A stretch of 64,000 nucleotides of DNA. Source: Wolbachia endosymbiont of Ctenocephalides felis wCfeF (GTDB taxonomy: Bacteria; Pseudomonadota; Alphaproteobacteria; Rickettsiales; Anaplasmataceae). Below are positions 1 through 11,005 of the stretch, in pieces (the first letter of the stretch is position 1; every line of letters starts with the position of its first letter). Made by a program: the position numbers and the translations under genes. The stretch lies in contig CP116767.1 of the NCBI GenBank assembly GCA_028571325.1, positions 89,150 to 153,149 on the forward strand, given 5' to 3'. The notes beneath the pieces were generated by a model. The model made no database searches, was not told where the DNA came from, and saw only the letters and a list, made by a program, of their open reading frames with translations.

Positions 1-663
1 TTTATTCTGAAAGTCTTTTTTATACCAGTCATTCCAGTATTCGTACTTGGGCTTGCTTTAAAAATGCAACATGATCAAGTTCTATCTATAATATTTAAAG
101 ATTGCTCAGTAATTTTTGTTATTATAGCATCCGTAACTTACTTTTATGTTTTTCTCTCATACGGAGCAGCAAATTCATTTAAGATCACAGGCTGGATAAC
201 TAGTATAAGCAATATGATGCCAGCATTTATTACTGCGATGAGTACAATGTCTAGCAATGCAACCATGCCACTTACTCTTGAAGGAAGCAGAAAAAATGTA
301 AAGCAACCTGATGTAGCATCGTCTGTTATACCAATAACTGCTGGCTTTCATTTAGTAGGTGATTGCTTTTTTATTATAATATTGTCGATGATAATCACTT
401 CTGGTTATGCATTATCCACAACAGATCATGTAACTTTCCTTCTTTATTTTTTGTTATTTAAGTTTGCTATTGCTGCAATTCCGGCAGGAGGAATTGTGGT
501 AATGCTGCCTATTCTTGAAAGGTACCTTAAATTCTCCCCAGAAATGCTCTCGCTGATCACAGCATTATATATAGTGTTTGATCCAATAATAACTTCAGCA
601 AATGTTATGGGCAATGGTGCTTTTGCTATAATGTTTACAAAACTCTACGATAAGCTTAAGTAA
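1..663 (+). CDS. dicarboxylate/amino acid:cation symporter (DAACS/GltP-DctA type), C-terminal part; 5' end lies upstream of the window
   Basis: The frame is open from base 1, with no stop before the listed ATG at 64. The sequence is polytopic and hydrophobic, with [23 protein letters not shown] and [13 protein letters not shown], resembling the C-terminal hairpin/TM8 motifs of this symporter family. Confidence 0.7.
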   Translation, partial: FILKVFFIPVIPVFVLGLALKMQHDQVLSIIFKDCSVIFVIIASVTYFYVFLSYGAANSFKITGWITSISNMMPAFITAMSTMSSNATMPLTLEGSRKNVKQPDVASSVIPITAGFHLVGDCFFIIILSMIITSGYALSTTDHVTFLLYFLLFKFAIAAIPAGGIVVMLPILERYLKFSPEMLSLITALYIVFDPIITSANVMGNGAFAIMFTKLYDKLK

Positions 664-1271
664 TGTCCATTCTGGCAATTGATACTGTAGGTGCTGGTAG
701 TTCGGTAGCGATAATTGACCACGATGGCAATTGTTTTGTAGAGCACAATTCCACCTGCAATAGTCATGCAGAAACATTTTTTCAAATTTTGAACACTCTG
801 TTCAATAAGTACGACTATAACTACGATAAAATAGACCATTTAGTGGTGGTAGTTGGACCAGGAAGTTTTACTGGAATTAGAGTTGGTATATCGGCCGCAA
901 AAGGCATAAATCTTGCTACGAATAAACCGTTATACGGAGTGAGTGCACTGGAAGTTCAGGCGTATGCAATATCCTTGCTTTGTGCAAACAGCAAAAAAAA
1001 TATCAGAGCTATAATCAAAAATGCTCAAGGATTTTACACGCAGTTATTTAATTTCAATTTATTGCCGCTGTCAGAGCCAGTTGCGGCCCAGTGTGTGATA
1101 GGTACTGGGACGACAGACAATAACTGCATCACGTATGTGGATTGCAATCTACCAGAGTTAAGTGCTAGCCATGCAGGACTATTGGTCCGTTATAGGCTAG
1201 AAAATAAACAAAAATTAAATGGGGTCGACGCTCTATATTTAAATGAGCCCCAGTATATGAAATTATTGTAG
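663..1271 (+). CDS. tsaB: tRNA t6A37 biosynthesis protein TsaB (YeaZ family)
   Basis: ILAIDT..SSVAI N-terminus and [21 protein letters not shown] motif. The ATG overlaps the upstream stop (TAATG). Confidence 0.85.
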   Translation: MSILAIDTVGAGSSVAIIDHDGNCFVEHNSTCNSHAETFFQILNTLFNKYDYNYDKIDHLVVVVGPGSFTGIRVGISAAKGINLATNKPLYGVSALEVQAYAISLLCANSKKNIRAIIKNAQGFYTQLFNFNLLPLSEPVAAQCVIGTGTTDNNCITYVDCNLPELSASHAGLLVRYRLENKQKLNGVDALYLNEPQYMKLL

Positions 1272-1922
1272 TTACCCTTTTGCGTAAGCTCTATCGATTT
1301 GACTAAGTCTGTACATCTGATTTGTTATTTCTTCGGCTACTTCTTTTATACTCATATTTGAATTTTCTATTTCTATGGCATTCGGTGGTATAAATAAATT
1401 ACGAGTCCTAAATTTCTCTATAACACTACTCATGTTAGTAACCTTCCTATTTTCCCTTTGTCTTTTTAATTTAATGCGTTTTTGTAATGTAGGTAGGTCA
1501 CACTTTAGCACTATAGGAAGAATTCTTGTATTCATTCTCTTACTAAGCTCTACTACTGAGTTATACATCCTTATATTGTAGTCGTTATTTTTCATCAATT
1601 CATCGATAAATATGTAATTTTTTGAATGAATTGGATAGGCTTCTATTGCCTGAAACATAATTTGTGCAACGTTATATATTCTATCTTGGACTTCTTTAGG
1701 GATTTGGTCATATTCAAAGATATTATCATATATAGAGCGGATTTGAGTATTGTTGGAAAAGTTGCTGTTTACAATCAGTGCACCTATCATATTAGATAAT
1801 TCTATTGCTGTAGAAAGCTTGCCACTCCCTGAAAAGCCGATAATATATACGAAAACTCCTGTTACCCGTTCCTTTGTATTAATGTTTATCATATTATTTA
1901 TAATGTTAAAATCTATATTCAT
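1272..1922 (-). CDS. P-loop NTPase/kinase-like protein of unknown function
   Basis: Walker A GFSGSGKLST near the N-terminus; nothing else recognised. Start is uncertain: ATG at 1922 or 1892 is preferred, because the first 36 codons of the track ORF (to 2030) look like AT-rich non-coding sequence. Confidence 0.5.
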   Translation of the reverse strand: MNIDFNIINNMININTKERVTGVFVYIIGFSGSGKLSTAIELSNMIGALIVNSNFSNNTQIRSIYDNIFEYDQIPKEVQDRIYNVAQIMFQAIEAYPIHSKNYIFIDELMKNNDYNIRMYNSVVELSKRMNTRILPIVLKCDLPTLQKRIKLKRQRENRKVTNMSSVIEKFRTRNLFIPPNAIEIENSNMSIKEVAEEITNQMYRLSQIDRAYAKG

Positions 1923-2163
1923 AATAACATGAAACTTAAACTTTAAAACATTTGAAACATTATATAGAAAAATTATTTTTACAGTTAAGATATTATGTAA
2001 TTCAGGACATAAATTCTGTACAGGTTCCATAGATTATGTGATAGCGAATTGTTTACTTAAAAATTAACAATTCCTCTTCCTAATTTACCTCCAAACTAAA
2101 AGTATGAGTTTACTACGAGCCTGTTTTCTTGTATAAACCTTCAGAAGATCTTAGCTGAAAATT

Positions 2164-2874
2164 GTGTTGTTGACAAAAAGCGAGGTAAAAAAGGACTTAG
2201 CCTATGCCTATCAGATTTTATCTCACTTGGGACTGGATGACCATACGTATACTCACCTATCGGTGCGTTCTGAGGATCAAAAGTCGTTTTATATTTATCC
2301 ATTTGGGATACGCTTTAACGAAGTGAATGAAAATTCATTGATGAAAGTGTCATTTGATGGAGATGTTATTGAGGGCAAAGAATATCAATATAATAAAACT
2401 GGTTATATAATCCACGGCTTTATTTATCAAGCAAGAAAAGATATTCAAGCAATTTTTCATTTGCATACACCTTCTATTGTGGCAGTTTCCTCCCTCAAAG
2501 ATGGGTTACTTCCAACGAGTCAATGGGCACTGCACTTTTATAATAAGGTATCTTACCATGATTATAATTCCCTGGCGCTTGATGATACAGAAGGAAAAAG
2601 ACTAATAGCTGATCTGAAAGAAAATTTTGTGATGTTAATGCGCAATCATGGGTCTATAACGTGTGGTCGGACTATACAAGAAGCAATGTTTTATACATAT
2701 CACTTAGAGCAAGCGTGCAAGACTCAATGTTTAACATTAGCGATGAATAGGGAATTATCAATTCCAAGTGAAGAAATTTGCTCAAAAGCTGTAAAGGATC
2801 TTTTGTCTTTCGAAAACAATCTTGGTGAGCGAGATTGGCACGCATGGGTTAGACTAATTAAAAGTAAGTTGTAA
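2164..2874 (+). CDS. class II aldolase/adducin-domain protein
   Basis: Length and motifs ([17 protein letters not shown]) are typical of the class II aldolase/adducin N-terminal domain family. GTG start. Confidence 0.75.
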   Translation: MLLTKSEVKKDLAYAYQILSHLGLDDHTYTHLSVRSEDQKSFYIYPFGIRFNEVNENSLMKVSFDGDVIEGKEYQYNKTGYIIHGFIYQARKDIQAIFHLHTPSIVAVSSLKDGLLPTSQWALHFYNKVSYHDYNSLALDDTEGKRLIADLKENFVMLMRNHGSITCGRTIQEAMFYTYHLEQACKTQCLTLAMNRELSIPSEEICSKAVKDLLSFENNLGERDWHAWVRLIKSKL

Positions 2875-3133
2875 GAGGCCCTTCGCACTCTTCCCAGTGC
2901 CCTCTCTTCTTGTCATCTCAACCCCTATGATATCATCCAAGTAGTACCACGGAGATCTCGTATTACTTAAAAATTCAAGCAATTTAAGAGCATACAAAAA
3001 ACGCCAATATGATATAAGTTGTCTTTTTTCTGCTTAGTTTAGGGGTTATGCAAGAAATCTATTATTTTTTAACACAGTTAACATCTTGACTTTATCTAGT
3101 TAATATTTCAAATTGTAGAAAACAGAAAGTTCT

Positions 3134-3919
3134 ATGGCAACAAGTCTACTACAAGGCAAAAAGGGATTAATAACTGGAATAACAAACAAGAGGTCGATAG
3201 CGTATGGCATAGCAAAAACTCTCTCAGAGCACGGAGCAGAACTTGCAATCACTTATCAAAACGAAATGGTAAGGGAGAGATTGTCATCGGTAGCAGCTGA
3301 GCTAAATGTGGAGTTAGTACTAAATTGTGATGTTGCAAATGAGGAAACCATAGATGAGGTTTTTAAGATAATAGAAAAAAAATGGGGTACTCTTGATTTT
3401 TTGGTACACGCAATCGCATTCTCTGACAAGAATGAACTCGGTGGTAAATATGTTAACACGTCACTGAGCAACTTCCTCAACGCAATGCATATATCATGCT
3501 ATTCTTTTACTGCTCTAGCGCAAAGAGCTGAAAAGATAATGCCAAACGGTGGTAATTTACTCACTTTATCTTACTATGGTGCTGAAAAAGTTATGCCAAA
3601 TTATAATGTTATGGGCCTATGTAAAGCGGCACTCGAAGCAAGTGTAAGATATATAGCATGCGACCTTGGACCGCAAAATATCAGAGTGAATGCCATTTCT
3701 GCTGGTCCAATTAGAACTTTAGCATCTTCTGGAATAAGCAATTTTCACTTCATATCAGAATGGAACAGAAATAATTCTCCACTAAGGCGCAACACTACAA
3801 TAGAAGACGTTGGAAAAGCAGCACTGTATTTGCTAAGTGACTTAAGTAGCGGCACCACTGGGGAAGTTTTACATGTTGATTCAGGGTATAACGTGGTAGG
3901 GATGAAAGCAATTGATTAG
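3134..3919 (+). CDS. fabI: enoyl-[acyl-carrier-protein] reductase (NADH) FabI
   Basis: LQGKKGLITGI..SIAYGIAK Rossmann N-terminus, SYYGAEK..PNYNVMGLCKAALEA (Tyr/Lys catalytic region) and the ISAGPIRT motif. Confidence 0.92.
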   Translation: MATSLLQGKKGLITGITNKRSIAYGIAKTLSEHGAELAITYQNEMVRERLSSVAAELNVELVLNCDVANEETIDEVFKIIEKKWGTLDFLVHAIAFSDKNELGGKYVNTSLSNFLNAMHISCYSFTALAQRAEKIMPNGGNLLTLSYYGAEKVMPNYNVMGLCKAALEASVRYIACDLGPQNIRVNAISAGPIRTLASSGISNFHFISEWNRNNSPLRRNTTIEDVGKAALYLLSDLSSGTTGEVLHVDSGYNVVGMKAID

Positions 3920-3985
3920 TTCAAAGTTGAGTGTGAGAAAAAAGCCTTTCTAAAACTGGTAATATGATTTATAGTTGATAATGCA

Positions 3986-4483
3986 GTGTTTAAATACTTT
4001 ATGCTCAAGAAATTAGCTTGGTATTGGTCCTTTGTAGAATTAATTAAAGGGTTTATTATTACGCTTAGGTATGCGTTTAAACCAAAGGTGACACTTAGGT
4101 ACCCTATGGAGAAGGGACCTCTAAGTCCAAGATTTCGTGGTGAGCATGCGTTGCGTAGATATTCAAACGGCGAAGAACGATGCATAGCTTGTAAACTATG
4201 TGAAGTTATCTGCCCTGCCCAAGCGATAGTTATTGAAGCAGAAGAAAGAGAAGATGGCAGCCGTCGCACTACGCGTTATGATATTGACATGACGAAGTGC
4301 ATATATTGTGGGCTTTGCCAGGAGGCATGTCCGGTCGATGCAATTGTCGAGGGCCCTAATTTTGAGTTCGCAACAGAAACTAGGGAGGAGCTAATGTACA
4401 ACAAAGAAAAGTTATTGCGTAATGGTGACATTTGGGAAGAAGCAATTGCACTCAGATTGAAAAAGGATAGGTCATATCACTAA
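3986..4483 (+). CDS. nuoI: NADH-quinone oxidoreductase subunit I
   Basis: Two 4Fe-4S ferredoxin motifs ([24 protein letters not shown]) and the [11 protein letters not shown] signature. Confidence 0.92.
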   Translation: MFKYFMLKKLAWYWSFVELIKGFIITLRYAFKPKVTLRYPMEKGPLSPRFRGEHALRRYSNGEERCIACKLCEVICPAQAIVIEAEEREDGSRRTTRYDIDMTKCIYCGLCQEACPVDAIVEGPNFEFATETREELMYNKEKLLRNGDIWEEAIALRLKKDRSYH

Positions 4484-4530
4484 TGTTAAGAATTTATAAT
4501 ATTAAACCTCTGTTATTCCGGTATTCTTTC

Positions 4531-4600
4531 GTGTCATCCAAGTAGCTCCACTTCCTGTCATGTCAGTGCCTTCTCCTGTCATCCCAGTGCGTGACACACA
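4531..4600. repeat. array of short tgtcatcc(c/a)agt(g/a)c units (degenerate palindromic-element halves)
   Basis: Three units (gtgtcatccaagtagc, cctgtcatgtcagtgcc, cctgtcatcccagtgcg) about 22 nt apart. The same unit arrays recur at 19910-19989 and 60448-60584. Confidence 0.7.
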
Positions 4601-4643
4601 ACTGTACAAACATTGCAATTAGCAGGTAATTTGCGTAACAGAC

Positions 4644-4770
4644 GGTGTCATCCCAGTGCTCCGACACTGGGATCCAGTTTTCCATAAAAATGGTGCATTT
4701 TAACATAACTTTTATGCCCACTAGCCTAATAAAGTTCCTGGATTCCAGCGTCACGTGCTGGAATGACACC
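4644..4770. repeat. ~125-bp palindromic element (RPE/WPE-like)
   Basis: Terminal inverted repeats ggtgtcatcccag / ctggaatgacacc. Internal hairpins cccagtgctccgacactggg and ttccagcgtcacgtgctggaa. A near-identical copy lies at 60585-60708. Confidence 0.8.
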
Positions 4771-4807
4771 ACTTGTTGTAAAAACAAATGTTCGTTCATA
4801 GATTGCA

Positions 4808-5287
4808 ACTAGCTATAAATATTTAAGAAATTTACCAAGCGAGAAAAAAAGCAAAAGAAACCCCGTGGTGGCTAATTATTTACTTTTGTGTCGAAATGTT
4901 GGCGTTTTTTTATCCTAAACGCTTAATAAGTGCGACTTAGCTGCTTTTTAATGCAACTTAACCTTAGCCATAAACGTTTAAGAAACTCACTAAGCAGAAA
5001 AAAAGCAAAAGAAACCCCGAGTAGCTAGTTATTCACTATCTATCTTATGATATTGGCGTTTTTGATGTCTTAAACGACTTATAAGCGCGTTTGAGCTTGT
5101 ATAGGTAAAAAACCAGAAGTTTTAAAAAGACATGCAGTGCACATAGTGCGAAAAATTAAACATGAGACGCCAAATATGCTAAGTTTTTTTCTCATTTAAT
5201 CTGCACAGACTGAAGATAAATAATAGTTTCAGTCTCATTATAAGGGTAACGGCGGGAGTTGTCAAGTAGTTTTTTCGCACATGTCAA
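4808..5287 (+). repeat. composite intergenic repeat R, copy 1 (diverged type a)
   Basis: Shares these blocks with five other copies: ctagctataaat, two ttaagaaatttaccaagc.gaaaaaaagcaaaagaa subunits, cttaaacgacttataagcgcgttt.agcttgtatagg, gtgcacatagtgc..aaacatgagacgccaa, ctgcacaga..gaagataa, ttgtcaagtagtttttt. Confidence 0.85.
5237..5265 (-). promoter_or_regulatory. sigma70-like promoter motif at the end of repeat R1
   Basis: Minus strand reads TTGACA (5265-5260), then 17 nt, then TATAAT (5242-5237), a perfect consensus. Confidence 0.5.
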
Positions 5288-5442
5288 AGCTAGCTTTTTA
5301 TGCAAGAAATCTGATGTTGTTCTGACGCACCTATGTGATATTTGATAACTCCTCTTTTACAAACTTCATGTCACACAATATAGAGATTGTGGAAAGAGTT
5401 TGTTCTTGGTATCATGTTATACCTATAGAATTCTAGCACCGT

Positions 5443-6948
5443 ATGAACTTTAAATCGGTCGTTTTATGTATACTAGATGGCTGGGGAAATGGAATAGAGA
5501 ATAGTGAATATAATGCTATTAGCAATGCAAATCCACCCTGTTGGCAGTATATTAGCTCTAATTACCCAAAATGCAGTTTATCTGCCTGTGGAGCCGATGT
5601 TGGGCTACCAGATGGCCAAATAGGCAATTCAGAAGTTGGCCATATGAATATTGGCAGTGGCAGAGTAGTGATGCAAAGCCTACAGCGCATTAATCAAGAA
5701 ATAGGAACAATAGAAAGCAATGCAAATCTACAAAACTTTATTGGCAATTTAAAAAGTAAGCATGGCGTATGCCATATAATGGGACTAGTGTCAGACGGTG
5801 GTGTTCATTCGCATCAAAAACATATTTCAACTCTAGCAAATAAAATATCGCAACACGGAATTAAAGTTGTGATACATGCATTTTTAGATGGCAGAGATAC
5901 ATCGCCAAATTCGGGGAAAAAATGCATTCAAGAATTTGAAGAGAGTATAAAGGGCAATGACATAAGAATTGCTACTGTCTCTGGACGCTATTACGCTATG
6001 GACCGTGATAACAGGTGGGAAAGAACAATTGAAGCTTACGAAGCTATTGCATTTGCAAAGGCACCTTGTTACGATAGCGTGATGTCGTTGATTGATAATA
6101 ACTACCAAAACAACATAACTGATGAGTTTATCAGACCTGCAGTGATAGGTAACTATCAAGGTATAAAGCCAGAAGATGGAGTGTTACTGGCTAACTTTCG
6201 TGCCGATCGAATGATACAATTGGCGAGTATTTTGCTTGGTAAAACAGACTACATTGAAGTAGCAAAATTCTCTTCAATTTTAAGTATGATGCAATACAAA
6301 GCGGACTTAAAAATTCCCTGTCTTTTTCCTCCTACATCTTTCACTAATACTCTAGGACAGGCAATAGCGGATAATAAATTACAACAGTTGCGTATTGCTG
6401 AAACTGAAAAATACGCTCATGTAACTTTCTTTTTCAATTGCGGCAAAGAAGAACCTTTTCCTGGTGAAGAAAGAATTCTCATTCCCTCACCAAAAGTCAA
6501 AACTTATGATTTGCAGCCTGAAATGTCAGCCTTTGAGCTCACAGAAAAGCTTGTAGAAAAAATTTATTCCCAAGAATTTGCACTGATAGTTGTAAATTAC
6601 GCTAATCCCGATATGGTAGGTCATACGGGTAACATGAAAGCAGCTCAGAAGGCTGTGCTAGCTATAGATAATTGCCTTATGAAAGTGCTCAATGCTGTTA
6701 AAGAAGTAGGTAACACTGTGCTCATTGTTACGGCAGATCACGGTAATGTTGAGTGCATGTTCGATGAAGAAAACAACACACCCCATACAGCACATACTTT
6801 GAATACAGTTCCATTCATCGTATGCTTTGATTCTTATAACAATCTGAAGCTGAGAGATGGAAAGTTATCTGATATCGCTCCCACTATTTTACAGTTACTT
6901 GGAATTAAAAAACCAGACGAAATAACAGGTAGTTCATTGATTGTATAA
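5443..6948 (+). CDS. gpmI: 2,3-bisphosphoglycerate-independent phosphoglycerate mutase
   Basis: LCILDGWG N-terminus, [21 protein letters not shown] and TADHGN motifs; 501 aa. Confidence 0.93.
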   Translation: MNFKSVVLCILDGWGNGIENSEYNAISNANPPCWQYISSNYPKCSLSACGADVGLPDGQIGNSEVGHMNIGSGRVVMQSLQRINQEIGTIESNANLQNFIGNLKSKHGVCHIMGLVSDGGVHSHQKHISTLANKISQHGIKVVIHAFLDGRDTSPNSGKKCIQEFEESIKGNDIRIATVSGRYYAMDRDNRWERTIEAYEAIAFAKAPCYDSVMSLIDNNYQNNITDEFIRPAVIGNYQGIKPEDGVLLANFRADRMIQLASILLGKTDYIEVAKFSSILSMMQYKADLKIPCLFPPTSFTNTLGQAIADNKLQQLRIAETEKYAHVTFFFNCGKEEPFPGEERILIPSPKVKTYDLQPEMSAFELTEKLVEKIYSQEFALIVVNYANPDMVGHTGNMKAAQKAVLAIDNCLMKVLNAVKEVGNTVLIVTADHGNVECMFDEENNTPHTAHTLNTVPFIVCFDSYNNLKLRDGKLSDIAPTILQLLGIKKPDEITGSSLIV

Positions 6949-6970
6949 GCAGCTAGTACGCTTTATGTTA

Positions 6971-7726
6971 TTATAATTCTACTGCCGGGGATTGATTTGC
7001 ATTTGGAAATAAAACACTGTGTAAAGCAGATAGCATATCTATTTGCTGCTCTAAATGACCATGCTCTGCTTCCACATTAGAGTACCGAATATTGTTCTCT
7101 CCAGCATATACAGATAAAGAACCATCGTCTTCAACTGCTTTGTTGTTTTGCAATATTATATTAAAAACTTCCTTCTGTTTTAAAGCCTCAAACCAATCTT
7201 CAACTGTCATGTAGAAAAACTCACCCGTTCCGCTTTCTGGACATACTTCTGGATAAATCTTCAGTACATCACGGGAAAGTGGTGGAGAAAAATAGCTTTT
7301 GAATGAGTAGCTAGGAGAGTTGTAGTTATTATGCAGAGCGATGACATGATCTTGACCAGGAAGCAAAAAACCTAAAATTTCTTCTGCAAAATTTCTAACT
7401 GCCTTCAAAGCACCTTCTGAGAAATTGCCAAATTTTTTTAAACTAGCCTCTGCACCCACGTCGTCAAATATACGATTGGGATCAAACTCATACTTTTCCC
7501 CATTTAAATTAAATTCTACATTACGTGAAGTACCATCGCCATGAATAATGTACAACATTCTACCGCCAAATTGTTGGATTATGCGCTTGCCGGCTTCTTT
7601 TGAAGTTACTTCATTTTGATGCACGTTAATAAAATTAATTCCACTTATGTCATCACTTTCAATAAAAAGTTTAACTGTGGTATCACCTAATGTTAGGTTG
7701 AACTCTTTAGTGTTAATATTTGCCAT
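6971..7726 (-). CDS. hypothetical protein, possible M14/AstE-like zinc hydrolase
   Basis: VHQNE (HxxE), FDPNRIF (compare DLNRNF of M14 peptidases), a later ALHNN histidine and a C-terminal VEAEHG glutamate. The assignment is tentative. Confidence 0.4.
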   Translation of the reverse strand: MANINTKEFNLTLGDTTVKLFIESDDISGINFINVHQNEVTSKEAGKRIIQQFGGRMLYIIHGDGTSRNVEFNLNGEKYEFDPNRIFDDVGAEASLKKFGNFSEGALKAVRNFAEEILGFLLPGQDHVIALHNNYNSPSYSFKSYFSPPLSRDVLKIYPEVCPESGTGEFFYMTVEDWFEALKQKEVFNIILQNNKAVEDDGSLSVYAGENNIRYSNVEAEHGHLEQQIDMLSALHSVLFPNANQSPAVEL

Positions 7727-7789
7727 ACCTCTTACCCTCCCTTAATTGGTAGAACTAACAATCAACTTTATTTGTGCTAGCTATACGCT

Positions 7790-8770
7790 TTAACTTAAAC
7801 TAACTTCTAGATTTTCCGCTGTCAACACTAACGATTCATTAAGAAAACTATCAATATCACCAACACTATTTATATTTTTCGTAATGATGGATTGATCAAT
7901 TCTTTTAACTAGATTAGATAAAACTTTGTTAGGTCCAATTTCAACGAATTTGTTAACGTCACGGTTTACCATATATAAAACCATCTCTCTCCACCTTACT
8001 TTGCTTATAATCTGTTTAGCGAGCAAAGCTCTTATTATTTCTGGGTCACTTTCTTCTTTGGCTGTAACATTTGATACAAAGGGAATTAAAGGTCGAGTTA
8101 TTGTAATGTTTTCCAAAAATTCCAAGAGTTTTTCATCAGCGGGTTTCATAAGAGATGAATGAAAAGGCCCACTAACTTGCAATTTAATTAGTTTCCTCAC
8201 ACTTGAGTTTTTGAATAAATCGGGTAACATTTCAAGAGCTTCCGCAGTGCCGCTTACCACTACCTGTCCACCGCCATTATCGTTTGCAACTTCACAAACC
8301 CCGTCAATTTGGGCTGATTCTAATACATCTTCTACTTCTCTTATCTCTGCTCCAAGCAATGCAACCATTCCGCCTTTACATTTCAGAGAGGCTTCATGCA
8401 TCGCTTCACCACGAACTTTCAGCAATTTGACCGCAGATTCAAGAGTCAATGCTCCTGCAGCACATAGTGCTGTATACTCGCCAACTGAATGCCCACAAAC
8501 ATACTGAACGTTGCAATCAGAGAAAAGAGATCTGCCAAACACATGCTCCATAACACGTAGCGTTGCAATTGACACTGCCATTATAGCTGGCTGAGCATTT
8601 TCTGTGATGGTCAATTCTTCAATAGGGCCGTCAAAAATTAAACTAGATAACTTTCTACTTAGTACACTATCTACTTCATTAAATACCTGTCTTGCAACAG
8701 AGAACTCACTATATAAGCTCCTTCCCATTCCTACAAACTGAGAGCCCTGACCAGGGAAAGCAAAAATCAT
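7790..8770 (-). CDS. fabD: malonyl CoA-ACP transacylase
   Basis: FAFPGQGSQFVGMG N-terminus, GHSVGEY active-site serine motif, and QPAI and SGPFHS motifs. Confidence 0.92.
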   Translation of the reverse strand: MIFAFPGQGSQFVGMGRSLYSEFSVARQVFNEVDSVLSRKLSSLIFDGPIEELTITENAQPAIMAVSIATLRVMEHVFGRSLFSDCNVQYVCGHSVGEYTALCAAGALTLESAVKLLKVRGEAMHEASLKCKGGMVALLGAEIREVEDVLESAQIDGVCEVANDNGGGQVVVSGTAEALEMLPDLFKNSSVRKLIKLQVSGPFHSSLMKPADEKLLEFLENITITRPLIPFVSNVTAKEESDPEIIRALLAKQIISKVRWREMVLYMVNRDVNKFVEIGPNKVLSNLVKRIDQSIITKNINSVGDIDSFLNESLVLTAENLEVSLS

Positions 8771-8898
8771 AATAATTATTATTTATTCTTCATTAAGTAT
8801 ACTACTTTATTTATTTTTTGTCAATATTTTAGAATAATAATTGACTTAGTGAATCGAATCCACTAGAATATTAACTAACTAGAAGTTTGTAGGTAGCA

Positions 8899-9111
8899 AT
8901 GGCAGAAATTGATTATCATAAGATTACTATAATCATGACAAATGGTCAAGAGTTTGAAACTCGTTCCACTTATGGAAAGGAAGGTGATAAGGTAAAACTT
9001 GATAGAGATCCTCTAACCCACCCTGCATGGACTGGAAGTTTGACAAGTGGATCGGCAAGCAAAACTAGCAAAATAGCTAAGTTTAATGATAAATATGGAG
9101 ATATCTTCTAG
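8899..9111 (+). CDS. rpmE: 50S ribosomal protein L31
   Basis: 70 aa; the TNGQEFETRST...KLD.DPLTHPAWTG pattern matches alphaproteobacterial L31. Confidence 0.85.
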   Translation: MAEIDYHKITIIMTNGQEFETRSTYGKEGDKVKLDRDPLTHPAWTGSLTSGSASKTSKIAKFNDKYGDIF

Positions 9112-9135
9112 TTTTTGCTTCTTTCTGGGTGAAGC

Positions 9136-9930
9136 ATGCATAAATATAAAAATATAGCTTACGTTGCTTCTGAGTCACCAAAATCGCAGGAAGTATCCAA
9201 GCTGTTACAAAAATTTAATTTTACCAATATAACAGAGGAAAATAAATCCGAAATTGATCTACTTATAGTTGTTGGCGGTGATGGCTTCATGCTACGCACT
9301 CTGCATAATTACATGATAGGAAATAAAAATATACATGTATATGGAGTAAATACTGGTAACGTTGGATTTTTGATGAATAAGTGTTTTAGCCGTAGCGAAG
9401 ATCTAATTGATAACATAGAATACGCAACCCCAACCCAGCTCACTTTGTTAAAAATGGAAGCTACAGACATAGGTGGCAAAAAATACCATTACATAGCGTT
9501 AAATGAGGTATATGTCTTTAGAAAAGCGAATCAAATAGTAGAAATGAATATTACTATCAATGACAAGCTAAAAGTAGAAAAATTTAGAGGGGATGGAATA
9601 ATATTGTCTACCCCAACCGGTAGCACCGCATATAACTTTTCTGCCGGAGGCCCAATCTTACCATTAAACTCAAACTTACTTGCACTGACCTCTATTAATA
9701 GCTATCACCCAAGGCATTGGAACGGAGCATTAATCTCAAGTGATACAGTAGTGCAAATTGACATTAACGACGTGGAAAATCGTCCAGCACTTGTAGTATC
9801 AGATTACAAAGAGTTTCACCACATATCACAGATAAAAATGCAGAAAGACCATGAGAACACAGTAACTCTACTTTTTGACAAAGATTATTCACTAGACGAA
9901 AGAATCTTTGATAGGCAGTTCTTATACTAA
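9136..9930 (+). CDS. nadK: NAD kinase
   Basis: VVGGDGFMLRT (GGDG motif), NEV.V, GDGIILSTPTGSTAYNFSAGGPI. Confidence 0.9.
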   Translation: MHKYKNIAYVASESPKSQEVSKLLQKFNFTNITEENKSEIDLLIVVGGDGFMLRTLHNYMIGNKNIHVYGVNTGNVGFLMNKCFSRSEDLIDNIEYATPTQLTLLKMEATDIGGKKYHYIALNEVYVFRKANQIVEMNITINDKLKVEKFRGDGIILSTPTGSTAYNFSAGGPILPLNSNLLALTSINSYHPRHWNGALISSDTVVQIDINDVENRPALVVSDYKEFHHISQIKMQKDHENTVTLLFDKDYSLDERIFDRQFLY

Positions 9931-10021
9931 ATTTTCATATTTATTCTTAAATTAGTATTTACTGCATCTTAACAACTATAGTGTAATCAACACAGCATAG
10001 TAATTAATTTCGGAGAGTAAT

Positions 10022-11005
10022 ATGCCAGGATCATTCACAGGAAGATCAACTACTGATAGTGGAGTAGATAATCAAAGCTTGAAAAAGTCAGCTTCTCAAG
10101 AGACAGTATTTGATAAACCTTGGGATAGTTATGATATTGGTAACCAAGAGAAGACAAACAGATTTTGGCAAAAGACGAAATATCTGATGATGAAGAAGAA
10201 AGTTATAGTGCCTTTCGTAGGTTTTGCTACGATGTGTTGTACTATGGCAATCGCCTTGAGTGTGCAACAAAAAGGATTTATTGGATTCATTGGCAGCGTA
10301 AATCCTGTTACTATATTTGGCGGGGTATTAGCCTCTTGTTTAGTCTTGGGAATTATGTGGGAACTTATACAAGCAGTTCGTACTAAGGAGCATAAGATTA
10401 AAGAAAGAGATACTCAAAAAGTTTTAAACGAGGTACTAAATACACTTCCAGAAGACAAATGCATCAAGTCTTTGATATTAAAATATAGTAACGGTAACCG
10501 CATTTATTTTACGTTTCATTCTCTTCAAGGACAAGAAAAAAATAATGCGAGCATTGTAGAACTTATAGGACAGCCAATCTGTTACAAGAGTAAAGTAAAT
10601 TCATTAGTCAATGATAGACTATGGCTTCCTATTTTAAGCACAGTTCTTATTACTGGAAGCATAACCTTCCCTTTAACACTATATTCAACAGGTGGTTTGA
10701 GTAATATAGTAAATTTATATACAAATCCTACCATTTACTGGCCAGTCATTGCAATTTCATGTACTCTACTGCTTTTCACTGTAGTTTGTGCCCTTCATCA
10801 TTGGAACAAAACTGATTTTAAAGATTATTTGTTATTACATAAACAAGATGCTAGCAGTGAAAAACTTAATGAAACATTTATCGAAGTTGTGAAAGAAAGT
10901 CAGAAGGAGATTAGTTCAAAGTTGTTACAAGCAACGAACAGACAAAGTCTGTTAAACCCTGAAAGAAACTCCACTACTTCTGTTTTTAGCAGTCTTGAAG
11001 TATAA
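10022..11005 (+). CDS. lineage-specific polytopic membrane protein; the last ~25 codons are supplied by the left end of the IS110 element
   Basis: Two pairs of hydrophobic segments. From ~10926 the reading frame runs through sequence duplicated exactly at 32331-32410 as part of the IS. Confidence 0.6.
   Translation: MPGSFTGRSTTDSGVDNQSLKKSASQETVFDKPWDSYDIGNQEKTNRFWQKTKYLMMKKKVIVPFVGFATMCCTMAIALSVQQKGFIGFIGSVNPVTIFGGVLASCLVLGIMWELIQAVRTKEHKIKERDTQKVLNEVLNTLPEDKCIKSLILKYSNGNRIYFTFHSLQGQEKNNASIVELIGQPICYKSKVNSLVNDRLWLPILSTVLITGSITFPLTLYSTGGLSNIVNLYTNPTIYWPVIAISCTLLLFTVVCALHHWNKTDFKDYLLLHKQDASSEKLNETFIEVVKESQKEISSKLLQATNRQSLLNPERNSTTSVFSSLEV

Noticed and set aside
1923-2030. N-terminal 36 codons of the track ORF 1272-2030.
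   Set aside because: The sequence (MEPVQNLCPELHNILTVKIIFLYNVSNVLKFKFHVI) looks like translated AT-rich intergenic DNA, and the Walker A motif follows soon after the internal ATGs. A shorter gene model is preferred.
4563-4808. ORFs spanning the 125-bp palindromic elements (4563-4808 and 60540-60737, minus strand; MNEHLFLQQ..VSFQ.VTLESRNFIR..WIPVS).
   Set aside because: They are translations of hairpin repeats in intergenic DNA. The same peptide motifs arise wherever the element occurs, and there is no independent coding signal.
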